Part shown: piece by piece, positions 20,259 to 29,641 of the stretch
Layout: each line of letters starts with the position of its first letter
Numbering within the stretch: the first letter of the stretch is position 1
Source of the DNA: an uncultured Chloroflexia bacterium
GTDB taxonomy: Bacteria > Chloroflexota > Limnocylindria > QHBO01
Length of the DNA: 64,000 nt
Direction of reading: 5' to 3'
NCBI GenBank assembly: GCA_963825905.1
Contig: CAWGUL010000009.1
Span: 33,687-97,686 of the forward strand
Translations under genes and position numbers: made by a program
The notes under the pieces: generated by a model
Seen by the model: only the letters and a program-made list of their open reading frames with translations
The model's database searches: none
Told to the model about the DNA's origin: nothing

Positions 20259-21530
20259 TCAGACGTGGTAGAGCCGCCGCGCCTCCTCCGCCAGCTCGTC
20301 GCGCGCGTTCGGGTGCGCGATGGCGATGAGCGCCGCGGCCCGCTCGCGGATCGTGCGCCCGAACAGCTCCGCCACCCCGTACTCGGTGACGACCGTGCGC
20401 ACGTGGGCGCGCGTCGTCACCACGCCGGCCCCCGGCGGCAGGACGGCGGCGATCCGCGACACGGTGCCACCGGCCGCCATCGAGGGCAGGGCGATGATCG
20501 CGCGTCCCTCCTCCGCCAGGGCGGCGCCGCGCATGAAGTCCATCTGGCCGCCGACGCCGGAGTAGAAGCGCGTGCCGATCGAGTCGGCGCTCACCTGGCC
20601 GGTCAGGTCGATGCTGATCGCCGAGTTGATGGCCACCATCCGCCGGAAGCGGCGGATGACCGCGGTGTCGTTCGTGTAGTCGACCGGGCGCATCTCGATC
20701 ATCGGGTTGTCGTCGACGAAGTCGTAGAGGCGCTGCGAGCCCATGAGGAAGGCGGTGACGATCTTGCCTCGGTTGATCTCCTTCGCCGCCCCGGTCACCG
20801 CGCCTGCCTCCACCAGGTCGAGGACCGAATCGGTGAAGAGCTCGGTGTGGACGCCGAGATCCCGCTTGTCGCGCAGCGCGAGCGCGACGGCGGCCGGGAT
20901 GGAGCCGATCCCCATCTGCAGCGTCGCGCGATCCGGCACGAGCTCGGCCACGTAGCCACCGATCTGGCGCTCCACCTCGCCCACCTCACCGACGCGGTGC
21001 GGATGCGGGCGCTCGTCGACCTCGACGGCGAGGTCGATGTCGCGCACATGGACGAAGGAGTCGCCGAGCGTGCGCGGCATCGAGCGGTTGAGCTGGGCGA
21101 CGACGAGGTCGGCCGAGGCGATCGCGGCGAGCGCGGCGTCGACGCTCGTGCCGAGCGAGCAGTAGCCGTGGGCATCGGGCGGTGAGACGTTGAGCAGCAC
21201 CGCGTCGAGCGGCAGCGCGCGGCTCGTGAACAGCTCCGGGATGTCGGACAGGAAGATCGGCACGTAGTCGGCCCGGCCCTCGTTGACGGCGAGGCGCGCG
21301 TTGCCGCCGATGAACAGCGCGCGGTGGCGGAAGCTCGCCGCCAGCTCCGGGGCGAGGTGCGGCGCCGGCCCCTCGGTGTGGAGATGGATGATCCCCACGT
21401 CGCGCAGCTCATCGGCGCGCTGCGTGAGGGCATCGAGCAGGACCGATGGCGTGGCGGCGCCGCCGTGGACGAACACCTGGTCGCCGGATCGGATGTCGGC
21501 GACCGCCTCGGCGGGCGGGACGATGCGCAT
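20259..21530 (-). CDS. Acetyl-CoA hydrolase/transferase (4-hydroxybutyrate CoA-transferase family)
   Basis: TLQMGIGSIP, LGVHTE, INSAISIDLTGQV, SGVGGQMDF, VVTEYGVA. Confidence 0.92.
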   Translation of the reverse strand: MRIVPPAEAVADIRSGDQVFVHGGAATPSVLLDALTQRADELRDVGIIHLHTEGPAPHLAPELAASFRHRALFIGGNARLAVNEGRADYVPIFLSDIPELFTSRALPLDAVLLNVSPPDAHGYCSLGTSVDAALAAIASADLVVAQLNRSMPRTLGDSFVHVRDIDLAVEVDERPHPHRVGEVGEVERQIGGYVAELVPDRATLQMGIGSIPAAVALALRDKRDLGVHTELFTDSVLDLVEAGAVTGAAKEINRGKIVTAFLMGSQRLYDFVDDNPMIEMRPVDYTNDTAVIRRFRRMVAINSAISIDLTGQVSADSIGTRFYSGVGGQMDFMRGAALAEEGRAIIALPSMAAGGTVSRIAAVLPPGAGVVTTRAHVRTVVTEYGVAELFGRTIRERAAALIAIAHPNARDELAEEARRLYHV

Positions 21531-21594
21531 CGGTCGTTCGGCTCTCGTGCGAAAGGTTGGGCCCCACGGTACCCCGCGCCGTCCTGCGCGCGGA

Positions 21595-21630
21595 GGGCGG
21601 ACCGGACCCCTGCTTCGGTCCGAACGGCAC
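21595..21630. promoter_or_regulatory. Degenerate tandem DosR-like boxes in divergent promoter
   Basis: GGGCGGACCGGACC (21595-21608) and GGTCCGAACGGCAC (21617-21630), spaced 22 bp. Confidence 0.4.
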
Positions 21631-21683
21631 TGCGGGCACGGGGCGCTGCGCCGGACGATGGCCGCACAGGAGAGGCACCGACC

Positions 21684-22223
21684 ATGAACGCAATCGCCAC
21701 CCACGCGCGACCGAGCGATCCATCACGGGTCGACCTCGATCCCGGGCGCTGGGTCTCGATCCGCCCGATCGAGCGTTCGGACGCAGCGGGCCTCTCCGAC
21801 TTCTACGCGTCCCTGTCCCGCGAGTCGCGCCGGCGCCGCTTCCTCGGCGAGGGGTCGCAGGACCTCGCGCCGCTCATCGCGACGTTCACCGAGGCGACCG
21901 CGACCGGCGTGGTGGGGGTGCTGCGCGAGCCGGGGGCGCGGGACGGGACCATCGTGGCCCACGCCTCGGTGCAGCCAGACGGCACGGGTGGTGGCGAGGT
22001 GGCGTTCGCGGTTGCGGACGCGCTCCAGGGCCACGGCGTGGGCCATGCCCTTGCCGCCGCGGCGCTGGATCTCGCCCGCTCGATCGGTCTCACCCGGGTC
22101 AGCGCCAGCCTCTTCGCCGACAACGGGGCGATGCGCCACCTGCTCCATCCGGCAGGCTGCCCGGTCCTCAGCGACTCGATCGACCTGGGGGTGGAGGAGC
22201 TGACGCTGGGGCTCGTCGCCTGA
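21684..22223 (+). CDS. GNAT acetyltransferase (stand-alone Pat-like domain)
   Basis: VSIRPI...D...FY..LS.ESR.RRF, EVAFAVAD..QGHGVG, ADNGAM. AGGAG ribosome-binding site upstream. Confidence 0.8.
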   Translation: MNAIATHARPSDPSRVDLDPGRWVSIRPIERSDAAGLSDFYASLSRESRRRRFLGEGSQDLAPLIATFTEATATGVVGVLREPGARDGTIVAHASVQPDGTGGGEVAFAVADALQGHGVGHALAAAALDLARSIGLTRVSASLFADNGAMRHLLHPAGCPVLSDSIDLGVEELTLGLVA

Positions 22224-22251
22224 CGGCCCCGGCGTCCCGCTGATCCGGCGC

Positions 22252-22665
22252 TCAGCCTTCCGCAGCCAGCGCCACGAAGTCCATCGCGGAGATCACCCCG
22301 GTCGGCCGGCCGTGGTCGTCGACCGCCACCAGCCGATGCAGACGCTCCTCGTGCATGAGGATCGCTGCGTCCTGGAGGGTCGCGGAGGAGTCGATGATGC
22401 GCGGTGGGGCGCTCATCACCTCGCCGACGCGGATCCCGGAGGCGTGGTGATGGATGAGGGCGCGAACCGTCGGAACGGCGAGGTAGAGGAGATCGGTCTG
22501 GCTGATCACGCCCACGAGCCGACCGGCAAGGTCGACGACCGGCAGGCCGGTGATCCGGTGTCGGCGGAGGAGCTCCTCCGCCTCCTCGAGTGAGGCGTCG
22601 ACGGAGACGACGATCGGGTCGATCGTCATCAGGTCGGCGACGCGGAGGCGCGCATCGATGGTCAT
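22252..22665 (-). CDS. CBS domain pair protein
   Basis: Two CBS repeats. Paralog of 17100-17507. Confidence 0.9.
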   Translation of the reverse strand: MTIDARLRVADLMTIDPIVVSVDASLEEAEELLRRHRITGLPVVDLAGRLVGVISQTDLLYLAVPTVRALIHHHASGIRVGEVMSAPPRIIDSSATLQDAAILMHEERLHRLVAVDDHGRPTGVISAMDFVALAAEG

Positions 22666-23576
22666 GACACCTTCTCCTTCGACGATCGGGCGTCCGCGCC
22701 GCGCACGACGAGGACGGAGCAGTGGGCGTGGACGAGGACGTTGCGGGCGACGCTGCCCAGGAGGAGCCGGTCGAGCGCGCCGAGCCCGCGCGAGCCGGTG
22801 ACGATGAGGTCCGCACCGTGGTCGGTGGCGGCGCTGAGGATGGAGGGCGCCGGGTCCCCGCTGCGGACGTGCGCGGTGGCGTGGATCCCGATCTCGGCGA
22901 GGCCGGCGGCCATCGACTCGGCGTCATGGCCGGCGCGCTGCTGCTCCTCGCGCCGCTGCCGTTCCAGGCGTGCATCGCCGAGCGTGTAGAGGCTCGTCAT
23001 CAGCTCGAAGGCCGGGCTGTCGGGCACGGCCACGGCCAGCGCCACGGCGTAGAGGTCGGTGAACGCGCCCCACTCGCCGAGGCGTGCCGGGATGGATGAT
23101 GCGGACGTCGAGCCGTCGCTCGCGACGAGCAGGCGGCTCACCGACGGCGCGCGCGCCACGAGCACCGCGCAGGGCGCATGCATCGCGACCTCGGCGGCCA
23201 CCGATCCGAGCAGCATCGTCGCCAGTCGGCCTCGGCCGCGTGAGCCGGTCACGATGAGGTCGACCCCTTCTCCGGCGGCCGTGGCGAGGATGACGTCCGC
23301 CGCGCGGCCCTCGACCGGGTGGCGATGAACCGCGAGACCCGCGGCGACAAGAGGCGGCGCGAGGGAGCCGAGGCGCGCGTCGACGTCATCGTGGAGGCTG
23401 TCGGCGACGTCGCCCACCCAGTCCATCCCCGACCCGGGCCCACCGGTCCAGTCGCGCGGCACGCTGTAGGCGCCGACGAGATGCGCCTCGTTCCCCGCCG
23501 GCCAGGGCAGCGACGCGACGAGGTCGCGGGCGACGACCGAGGACGGGGAACCATCGAGCGCGATCAGGATCTTCAT
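22662..23576 (-). CDS. Tandem-domain universal stress protein
   Basis: MKILIALDGS, two 'DLIVTGSRG...LGSVA' motifs. Confidence 0.92.
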   Translation of the reverse strand: MKILIALDGSPSSVVARDLVASLPWPAGNEAHLVGAYSVPRDWTGGPGSGMDWVGDVADSLHDDVDARLGSLAPPLVAAGLAVHRHPVEGRAADVILATAAGEGVDLIVTGSRGRGRLATMLLGSVAAEVAMHAPCAVLVARAPSVSRLLVASDGSTSASSIPARLGEWGAFTDLYAVALAVAVPDSPAFELMTSLYTLGDARLERQRREEQQRAGHDAESMAAGLAEIGIHATAHVRSGDPAPSILSAATDHGADLIVTGSRGLGALDRLLLGSVARNVLVHAHCSVLVVRGADARSSKEKVS

Positions 23577-23632
23577 CGGGACGGACCTCCTTGTCTCTCG
23601 TGCAGGGTGCCGCCCATCGGGGGCGGCCGCGA

Positions 23633-23668
23633 CGGCCGACCGGCCCGCAGGTTCGGGCCGAAGGGCCC
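23633..23668. promoter_or_regulatory. Tandem DosR-like boxes upstream of USP
   Basis: CGGCCGACCGGCCC (23633-23646) and GGGCCGAAGGGCCC (23655-23668), spaced 22 bp. Confidence 0.7.
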
Positions 23669-23703
23669 CACTCCACGGCTCGGCGCGGTTCGGCTGGCAC
23701 GAC

Positions 23704-23733
23704 GACGCCCCGCCGATTGATCGACGGGGCGTC
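23704..23733. terminator. GC-rich stem-loop downstream of the 23778-24104 gene
   Basis: GACGCCCCG...CGGGGCGTC inverted repeat. Confidence 0.45.
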
Positions 23734-23777
23734 GGGGCGTGCTGGCGACCGGCTCGGCGGTCGCCGCCGGGCGAAGC

Positions 23778-24104
23778 TCAGATGGGCCGCGCCTGGTGCA
23801 CGTACGAACCGGCAGTCGTCATGCGAACGACGACGTCCACGACGCCACCGACGATGACCGCACCGATGAGGGCCGGAAGGACGAAGAACCCGTCGATCTC
23901 GGGACCCCACGTGCTCACGCTGCCGAATGCCTCGCTGCCGAGGTACCCGCCGACGAGCGCGGCGATTCCGATGACTGCCCACTCCCAGCTGACGTTCACG
24001 TCCCCGATGAACTGGGCGATCACGCCGATGAGGAGCGCAGCAACGACGAGCAGCAGCGCCGCGAAGGTGCTCATGCCGACGTCCCAGCCGAACAGATCCA
24101 GCAT
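23778..24104 (-). CDS. GlsB/YeaQ/YmgE-like stress membrane protein
   Basis: Three Gly-rich TM segments ('LIGVIAQ','GGYLG','ALIGAV'). AAGGAGG ribosome-binding site. Confidence 0.6.
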   Translation of the reverse strand: MLDLFGWDVGMSTFAALLLVVAALLIGVIAQFIGDVNVSWEWAVIGIAALVGGYLGSEAFGSVSTWGPEIDGFFVLPALIGAVIVGGVVDVVVRMTTAGSYVHQARPI

Positions 24105-24209
24105 CTCGGCCTCCTTTGCCTGAGAAGAACTGATTCAGCGTCGCAATGGGCCGCACCGCGGCACAGTGCCAAGCGTCGCCTTCGGCTCCTGCCATCCGTC
24201 ACATCGAGG

Positions 24210-26732
24210 TCAGGCGACCCATGGGACGTCGGACGTGCGGCTCCGCACGACCTCGGCAACTGCCGCCGGTGCGATTGCCACGGCCGCGACGAGCGCCCAC
24301 TCGCCCGCGCTGAGCGGAACCGCGTGGAACGCCGCGGCGAGGAACGGAACGTACGGGATCGCGGCCTGGATGGCGATGACCGTCACGGTCGTGATGGTGA
24401 GGAACCAGTTCGGCGCCAGGCGCCGCAGGGGAGCGAGGAGGCTCCGGTTGGCGAAGGCCCGAATCGCCTGCGCCACGACGAGGGTCGTGAAGGCGACCCA
24501 TCGGGCGTGCTCGAACTCGTGGGGCAGGGTCACCAGCAGGCCGAACGCGGCCAGCGCGCTGAACCCGCCGGCGCCGGCGATGCGCAGCAGGATGCCTCGA
24601 TCAAGCAGGGGTTGGCTGCGCGGCCGCGGCGGGCGCTCCATCGCGCGCGGCTCCTCCGGTTCGCGCTCGAACGCCACTGACGACGAGAGGTCGATGAACA
24701 GCTCGAGCCACAGGATCTGGAGGGGGAGCAGCGGCCGCCCGAAGCCGGCGACGGTCGCGATCAGGATGAAGCCGAGCAGCGCGACATGGGTCGATACCAG
24801 GAAGACGAGGCCCTTCTGGACGTTGGCCACGATGCGGCGCCCCTCGCGCAGGCCCTGCATCATCGTCACGAACGAGTCGTCACCCAGCACGAGGTCGGAC
24901 GCCTCGCGTGCCACCGCTGTGCCCGAGCCCATCGCGACCGCCACGTCCGCGGCGTTCAGCGCCGGCGCGTCATTCACGCCATCGCCGGTCACCGCCACCG
25001 AGCGCCCGGCGTCCTGCCCGATGCGCACGAGCCGCAGCTTCTGCTCCGGGATCGCGCGTGCCACGAGGCGCAGCTGGCGCATGCGGGCCGGCAGCTCGGC
25101 ATCGGTCAGACCGTCCAGCTGGGTGCCGGTGATCGCCTCGCCGGGAGGCAGGCCCACCGCGTCGGCGATGGCCGAGGCGGTGTCGAGATGGTCGCCGGTG
25201 ACCATGAGCGTCTGGATCCCGGCGCGAGTGGCGGTGGCGACGGCGGCGGGGACGTCATCGCGGATGGGGTCGCCGAAGCGGATGAGCGCCCGCGTCTGCC
25301 ACGGGGCGTCGGCGCTGCGCGCGGCAAGGAGGAGTAGGCGGCCGCCGCGTCCCGCTTCGCCGGCGATGAGGCGCGCCCAGCCATCGTCATCGCCGGAGCC
25401 AGCCAGGGCGGCAACCACCTCCGGCGCCCCCAGCACAAGCTCGCGCCAGCCGTCGTCGTGGCGGTGGCGCACGGTGCTGTACGGGCGGCCGTCGGCCGCA
25501 GCGGCAGCGGACTCCACCTCCCGCGGGTCGAGGTCGAACGCGACCCCGCGCTCCGTGAGGGCGGCCTCGATGGCGGCCGTGAACGAGCCGCGCCGCCCGG
25601 CCGAGGTGGCGGTCCACGCATCCTCTTCCGCCGCCAGCGCCTCGAGGAGGAGGCCGTGAGACTCCGGTGCGGGCACGGTTCCGTCCGGCCGGAGCACCGC
25701 CTCGACCGCGAGGCGATTCCGCGTCAGGGTGCCCGTCTTGTCGGTGATGATGAGGTCCACCGCCCCGAGCGCCTCCTGGGCCGCCAGGCGTCGGACGAGG
25801 ACCCCGCGCCGCATGAGCCGATACGCGCCAAGGCCCAGCACGACCGCGAGCAGCACCGGCGGCTCCTCGGGGATGGCCGCGATGGCGGCCGAGATGCCAG
25901 CGAGGATGTTCGCCCCGGCCGGCTGTCCGCGGAGGAAGCCGAGCCCGACGGTGACGACGATGAGGATGATCGCGGCCACGAGGAGGATCCGGACCAGGCG
26001 GTCGAGCTCGCGCTGCAGCGGCGAACGGCGGCGCTTCGTGCCACCGAGCGTGCCGGCGATCGAGCCGAGCTCCGTCGCGGAACCGGTGGCGACGGTGACC
26101 GCCAGCCCGCGCCCACCGACGACGCTCGTGCCGGCGTAAACCATCGAGTGGCGTTCCGCCAGCGGTGCCTCGTCCGCGTCGGGTGTCGCGGTCGTCTGCT
26201 CCGGCACCGACTCGCCGGTGAGGACGCTGCGGTCGACGAGGAGGCTGCCACCCGCCAGCACGCGGCCATCGGCCGGAACGACGTCACCGGCGGCGAGGAC
26301 GAGCAGGTCGCCCGGCACGATCTCCCGCGCTGCGATCTCGGAGCGCGACCCGTCGCGCAGGACGTGCGCCCGCGGCGCGACCGCCTCGCGCAGCTCGGCG
26401 AGCGCCCGTTCCGATCGATAGGCGGTCGCGACGTCGGCACCCACGATCGGGATGAGGCCGCCGAGGACGAGGAGCCCGTCGCGCACCTCGTTGAGCAGGA
26501 CGGCGCCGATGCCGGCGGCGGCGAGCAGGAGCACGAACGGCTCCGTCGCGGCGTCGAGCAGCGCACGCCATACCGATGGCGGGGCGTGCTCCTCGAGCTC
26601 GTTCGGGCCTGATTCCGCGAGGCGCGCGCGCGCGTCCACGGCGCTGAGGCCGGCCTCGGGCGAGACGTGAAGCGCGCGCACTACCTCGTCGGCGGCGCGC
26701 GCGAACGGACGATCGACCCCCGGATCGGTCAT
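24210..26732 (-). CDS. Cation-transporting P-type ATPase (type II, CtpF-like)
   Basis: GPNEL, LTGES, DKTGTLT, MVTGD, TGDGVNDAPAL, LQILW. Confidence 0.92.
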   Translation of the reverse strand: MTDPGVDRPFARAADEVVRALHVSPEAGLSAVDARARLAESGPNELEEHAPPSVWRALLDAATEPFVLLLAAAGIGAVLLNEVRDGLLVLGGLIPIVGADVATAYRSERALAELREAVAPRAHVLRDGSRSEIAAREIVPGDLLVLAAGDVVPADGRVLAGGSLLVDRSVLTGESVPEQTTATPDADEAPLAERHSMVYAGTSVVGGRGLAVTVATGSATELGSIAGTLGGTKRRRSPLQRELDRLVRILLVAAIILIVVTVGLGFLRGQPAGANILAGISAAIAAIPEEPPVLLAVVLGLGAYRLMRRGVLVRRLAAQEALGAVDLIITDKTGTLTRNRLAVEAVLRPDGTVPAPESHGLLLEALAAEEDAWTATSAGRRGSFTAAIEAALTERGVAFDLDPREVESAAAAADGRPYSTVRHRHDDGWRELVLGAPEVVAALAGSGDDDGWARLIAGEAGRGGRLLLLAARSADAPWQTRALIRFGDPIRDDVPAAVATATRAGIQTLMVTGDHLDTASAIADAVGLPPGEAITGTQLDGLTDAELPARMRQLRLVARAIPEQKLRLVRIGQDAGRSVAVTGDGVNDAPALNAADVAVAMGSGTAVAREASDLVLGDDSFVTMMQGLREGRRIVANVQKGLVFLVSTHVALLGFILIATVAGFGRPLLPLQILWLELFIDLSSSVAFEREPEEPRAMERPPRPRSQPLLDRGILLRIAGAGGFSALAAFGLLVTLPHEFEHARWVAFTTLVVAQAIRAFANRSLLAPLRRLAPNWFLTITTVTVIAIQAAIPYVPFLAAAFHAVPLSAGEWALVAAVAIAPAAVAEVVRSRTSDVPWVA

Positions 26733-26739
26733 CGATGCA

Positions 26740-27894
26740 TCAGACGCGGCCCTTCGGAACGGTATGCCAGTACGTCTTGTTGAACACGATCTTCCCGAGG
26801 TGCCAGAGGCGATTCGGCCGCGGTGGGCGGGGTGGATGATCGTAGTCGAACCGCAGCAGCGTGCCCTTCCCGTCGCCGACCTCGAAGAAGCACATGACCT
26901 TCCCGGTGTAGCTGCCAGCGACGGCGTCGGGCTCGCGGCCCTCGACCGCGGCCACGATCCGTTCGACGACGATCGGCGCCTCGAAGTGCGCGGTCGAGCC
27001 CGCCTTCGACAGCGGGAGGTCGGTCGCGTCGCCGATCGCGAACATCCGTTCCTGTCCCTTGACCTCGAGCGTGTGCGGGTCGGTCGGGAGCCATCCGGCC
27101 GGAGGCGCGAGGCCGGAGTCGATGACGACCTGTGCGCCGCGGTGCGGCGGGACGAGGATGAGCAGATCGTAGGGCATCTCCTCGCCCTCGAGGCTCTCGA
27201 CGACCCTGCGCGCCGGGTCGATCGACTCGACGTTGAAGAACGTGTGGAGCTCGATCCCCTTGTCGGCCAGGATCGGCGTCGCCATGTCGGAGACGGACTG
27301 GATCGTAAACGCGCGACCGATCGGCGAGCAGAAGTGGACCTCCGACCGATCGCGGAGGCCGCGCTGCCGCAGCTCGGCCTCGATGAGGAAGGCGACCTCG
27401 AGCGGTGCGGGCGGGCACTTGTATGGCATCCCGGCGATGCCGATCACGATCCTGCCGCCGGTGAACGCGTCGAGGGCCGCGCGAAGGCGGAGCGCCGCAT
27501 CGGCGCCGTAGAAGTGGTGCGCCTCCTCGTCGAAGTGGGCGATCTCCTCGGGACGGATCGTGGCGCCAGTGGCAATGAGGAGGTAGTCGTACTCGACGGC
27601 GTCGCCGGTCTCGAGAAGCACGGTGCGCGCCGCCGGGTCGATGCGCGTCGAGCGAGCGATGACGAGCCGGATCTTCCTGTCGAGGAGCGATCGCTCCGGG
27701 CGGTGCAGGTTCTCCGGCTTCTCCCCGCCCATCGCCAGGTACATGAAGCCGGGCTGGTAGACGTGGTCGCCACCCTCGTCGATCAGGGTCAGCTCCACCT
27801 CTCCATCACCGATCCGACGTCGCAGGCGACGGGCGAGAAGGTTCGCGGCCAGGGTCCCCCCGACCCCGCCGCCGAGAATCACGATCCTCTGCAT
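26740..27894 (-). CDS. sqr: Sulfide:quinone oxidoreductase-like FAD protein
   Basis: ILGGGVGG, HVYQPG, YKCPPAP.E, AIGDAT..P.SKAG, CFFE.G. Confidence 0.8.
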   Translation of the reverse strand: MQRIVILGGGVGGTLAANLLARRLRRRIGDGEVELTLIDEGGDHVYQPGFMYLAMGGEKPENLHRPERSLLDRKIRLVIARSTRIDPAARTVLLETGDAVEYDYLLIATGATIRPEEIAHFDEEAHHFYGADAALRLRAALDAFTGGRIVIGIAGMPYKCPPAPLEVAFLIEAELRQRGLRDRSEVHFCSPIGRAFTIQSVSDMATPILADKGIELHTFFNVESIDPARRVVESLEGEEMPYDLLILVPPHRGAQVVIDSGLAPPAGWLPTDPHTLEVKGQERMFAIGDATDLPLSKAGSTAHFEAPIVVERIVAAVEGREPDAVAGSYTGKVMCFFEVGDGKGTLLRFDYDHPPRPPRPNRLWHLGKIVFNKTYWHTVPKGRV

Positions 27895-27901
27895 CACGCG
27901 C

Positions 27902-28147
27902 CTACCGCTGCTTCTCGACGACGATCTCGTCGTAGCCGTCGCGGGTCTCGACGCCGACGAGTCGGTGGCCCGCCTTCTCGATCCACGCCGGGATGTCGAT
28001 GCGCGAGCCTGCATCGGTCGACCAGACCGCGATGACGTCGCCCACGGTGCCCTCGCGGATGGCCCGGATGAGCTCCATGAGCGGCCCCGGGCAGTAGCTG
28101 CCGCGCGCGTCGACGGTGCGCGTGACCGGAACCTCGATGACCATCAT
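27902..28147 (-). CDS. TusA-family sulfur carrier
   Basis: [10 protein letters not shown] motif. Confidence 0.88.
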   Translation of the reverse strand: MMVIEVPVTRTVDARGSYCPGPLMELIRAIREGTVGDVIAVWSTDAGSRIDIPAWIEKAGHRLVGVETRDGYDEIVVEKQR

Positions 28148-28169
28148 CGGTCTGCTCCTTTCTTGTCGT

Positions 28170-28739
28170 TCAGATGAAGAGGGTGGCATCGGCAGATGCC
28201 ATGAGCTCGAGGGCTGCGGCTGCGCCGGCCGGCTCCTCGACGCCCTCGATGAGCTGGTCACGCCGGATGCCCATCATGTCGAGCGACATCTGGCACGGGA
28301 TGAGGCGCACGCCCATCGCCTGGGCGATCTCGAGCAGCTCGGCCGGCAGGGCGACGCCCCGCGAGCGCGCGAGCCGCTTCATCATCCACGGGCCCATGCC
28401 GAGGAAGTTCATGCGGCCCAGCTTGAGATGACCGATGCCCGGGCGATTGAGCGCCGACAGGCCACGCTGCATCAAGTTGGTGCCGGTGATCCGGACGTCG
28501 GATCGGACGAGGGGGAACAGCCCCCAGAACGTGAAGAAGAGCGTCACCTTCATGCCGCTGGCGGCGGCGCTGGTGGCGAGGATGAGCGTCGCCCAGGTGC
28601 GCTCGAGGTCGCCGCTCTCGGCGACGATCACGACCTCCTTGGTCTTCGCTTCGCCTGGCGCCGGCGCTTCGTCGTCGAGCGGCGTCGCAAGGACGCGTTC
28701 GAGCTCTTCGTCGAGACGAGAGCGGGTGTGGATCGTCAT
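28170..28739 (-). CDS. DsrE2/DrsE-like sulfurtransferase
   Basis: [34 protein letters not shown]. Confidence 0.88.
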   Translation of the reverse strand: MTIHTRSRLDEELERVLATPLDDEAPAPGEAKTKEVVIVAESGDLERTWATLILATSAAASGMKVTLFFTFWGLFPLVRSDVRITGTNLMQRGLSALNRPGIGHLKLGRMNFLGMGPWMMKRLARSRGVALPAELLEIAQAMGVRLIPCQMSLDMMGIRRDQLIEGVEEPAGAAAALELMASADATLFI

Positions 28740-28749
28740 GGCTGCTGCC

Positions 28750-28983
28750 TCACTTCCGGCGGAGGACGAAGCGATAGACGCCTTCCTCCACGGACTGCTC
28801 GACGAGCTCGTTTCCAGTCGTGCGCGCCCAGGCGACGACGTCCGGCGGCGAGCCCGGGTCGGTGGCGAGCATCTCGAGGAGCTCGCCGGATGCGATGGTC
28901 TTCATGGCCATCGCGGTCTTCACGATCGGCATCGGGCACGCGAGGCCGCGTGCGTCGACGCGCTGGGTGATCTGGAGCGTCAT
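28750..28983 (-). CDS. tusA: TusA-family sulfur carrier
   Basis: DARGLACPMP, ATDPGS..D..AWA..TGNEL. Confidence 0.9.
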   Translation of the reverse strand: MTLQITQRVDARGLACPMPIVKTAMAMKTIASGELLEMLATDPGSPPDVVAWARTTGNELVEQSVEEGVYRFVLRRK

Positions 28984-28995
28984 GGGGGCTGCCTT

Positions 28996-29409
28996 TCAGA
29001 TGAAGAGGACCTGGCCGGTCTCGGCGCATGACCAGAAGCTGGCCACGCCCTCGATCCCGTCGACGAGCGGATCCAAGTCTGTCGGTGCGAGCTCAAGCAG
29101 GTCCATCGACAGCGAGCACGCCCGGATGTCCACGTCGCCGATCTCCTTGGCCTGGCGGAGCGTGTCCGCCCAGCCGGCCTGGCCGCGCCGACGGAGCCGG
29201 CGAACCGCCTCGGCACCGGTGCGCCCCGCCTCCGGCGCGAGACCGTGGTCGCCGTCGATGCGGTCGGCGCGGAATGCGTCGAGCGCCCAGTACTGCAGGA
29301 AGAGATGAACGGGACGCCCGAGCGCCGCGGCGCCGGCGACGAGCACGGCGGCCGCTCCGAGGCGGTCGTCGGTCCCGGAGAAGAGGCTGATAGCGAGCGG
29401 TTCGCTCAT
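28996..29409 (-). CDS. DsrE-like peroxiredoxin/sulfurtransferase
   Basis: LFSGTDDRL, LFLQYWAL, ACSLSMDL, QVLFI. Confidence 0.82.
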   Translation of the reverse strand: MSEPLAISLFSGTDDRLGAAAVLVAGAAALGRPVHLFLQYWALDAFRADRIDGDHGLAPEAGRTGAEAVRRLRRRGQAGWADTLRQAKEIGDVDIRACSLSMDLLELAPTDLDPLVDGIEGVASFWSCAETGQVLFI

Positions 29410-29452
29410 GGTTGGTTGCACCTCGGTCGCGTGACTGTCCACGGCCAGCCTC

Positions 29453-29547
29453 GGGCCGGTCGTCGAACGTGCGAAGGGCCGCGCGGCCCCTTTCGTGATG
29501 CCATCCATCCCGACCTGCGACCGAGAGCGGGACGGGCCGGACGGCAC
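29453..29547. promoter_or_regulatory. DosR-like boxes in divergent promoter
   Basis: GGGCCGGTCGTCGA (29453-66), GGGCCGCGCGGCCC (29476-89), GGGCCGGACGGCAC (29534-47). Confidence 0.6.
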
Positions 29548-29641
29548 GTCGGAGCAGTCCGTCCGGAACTTGGCGCTCTGCCTCCGGCAGAGCCACTGTC
29601 CGAGTGGGCCGGTGTGGTCCGACGAGTCGAAGGAGCTTCTC

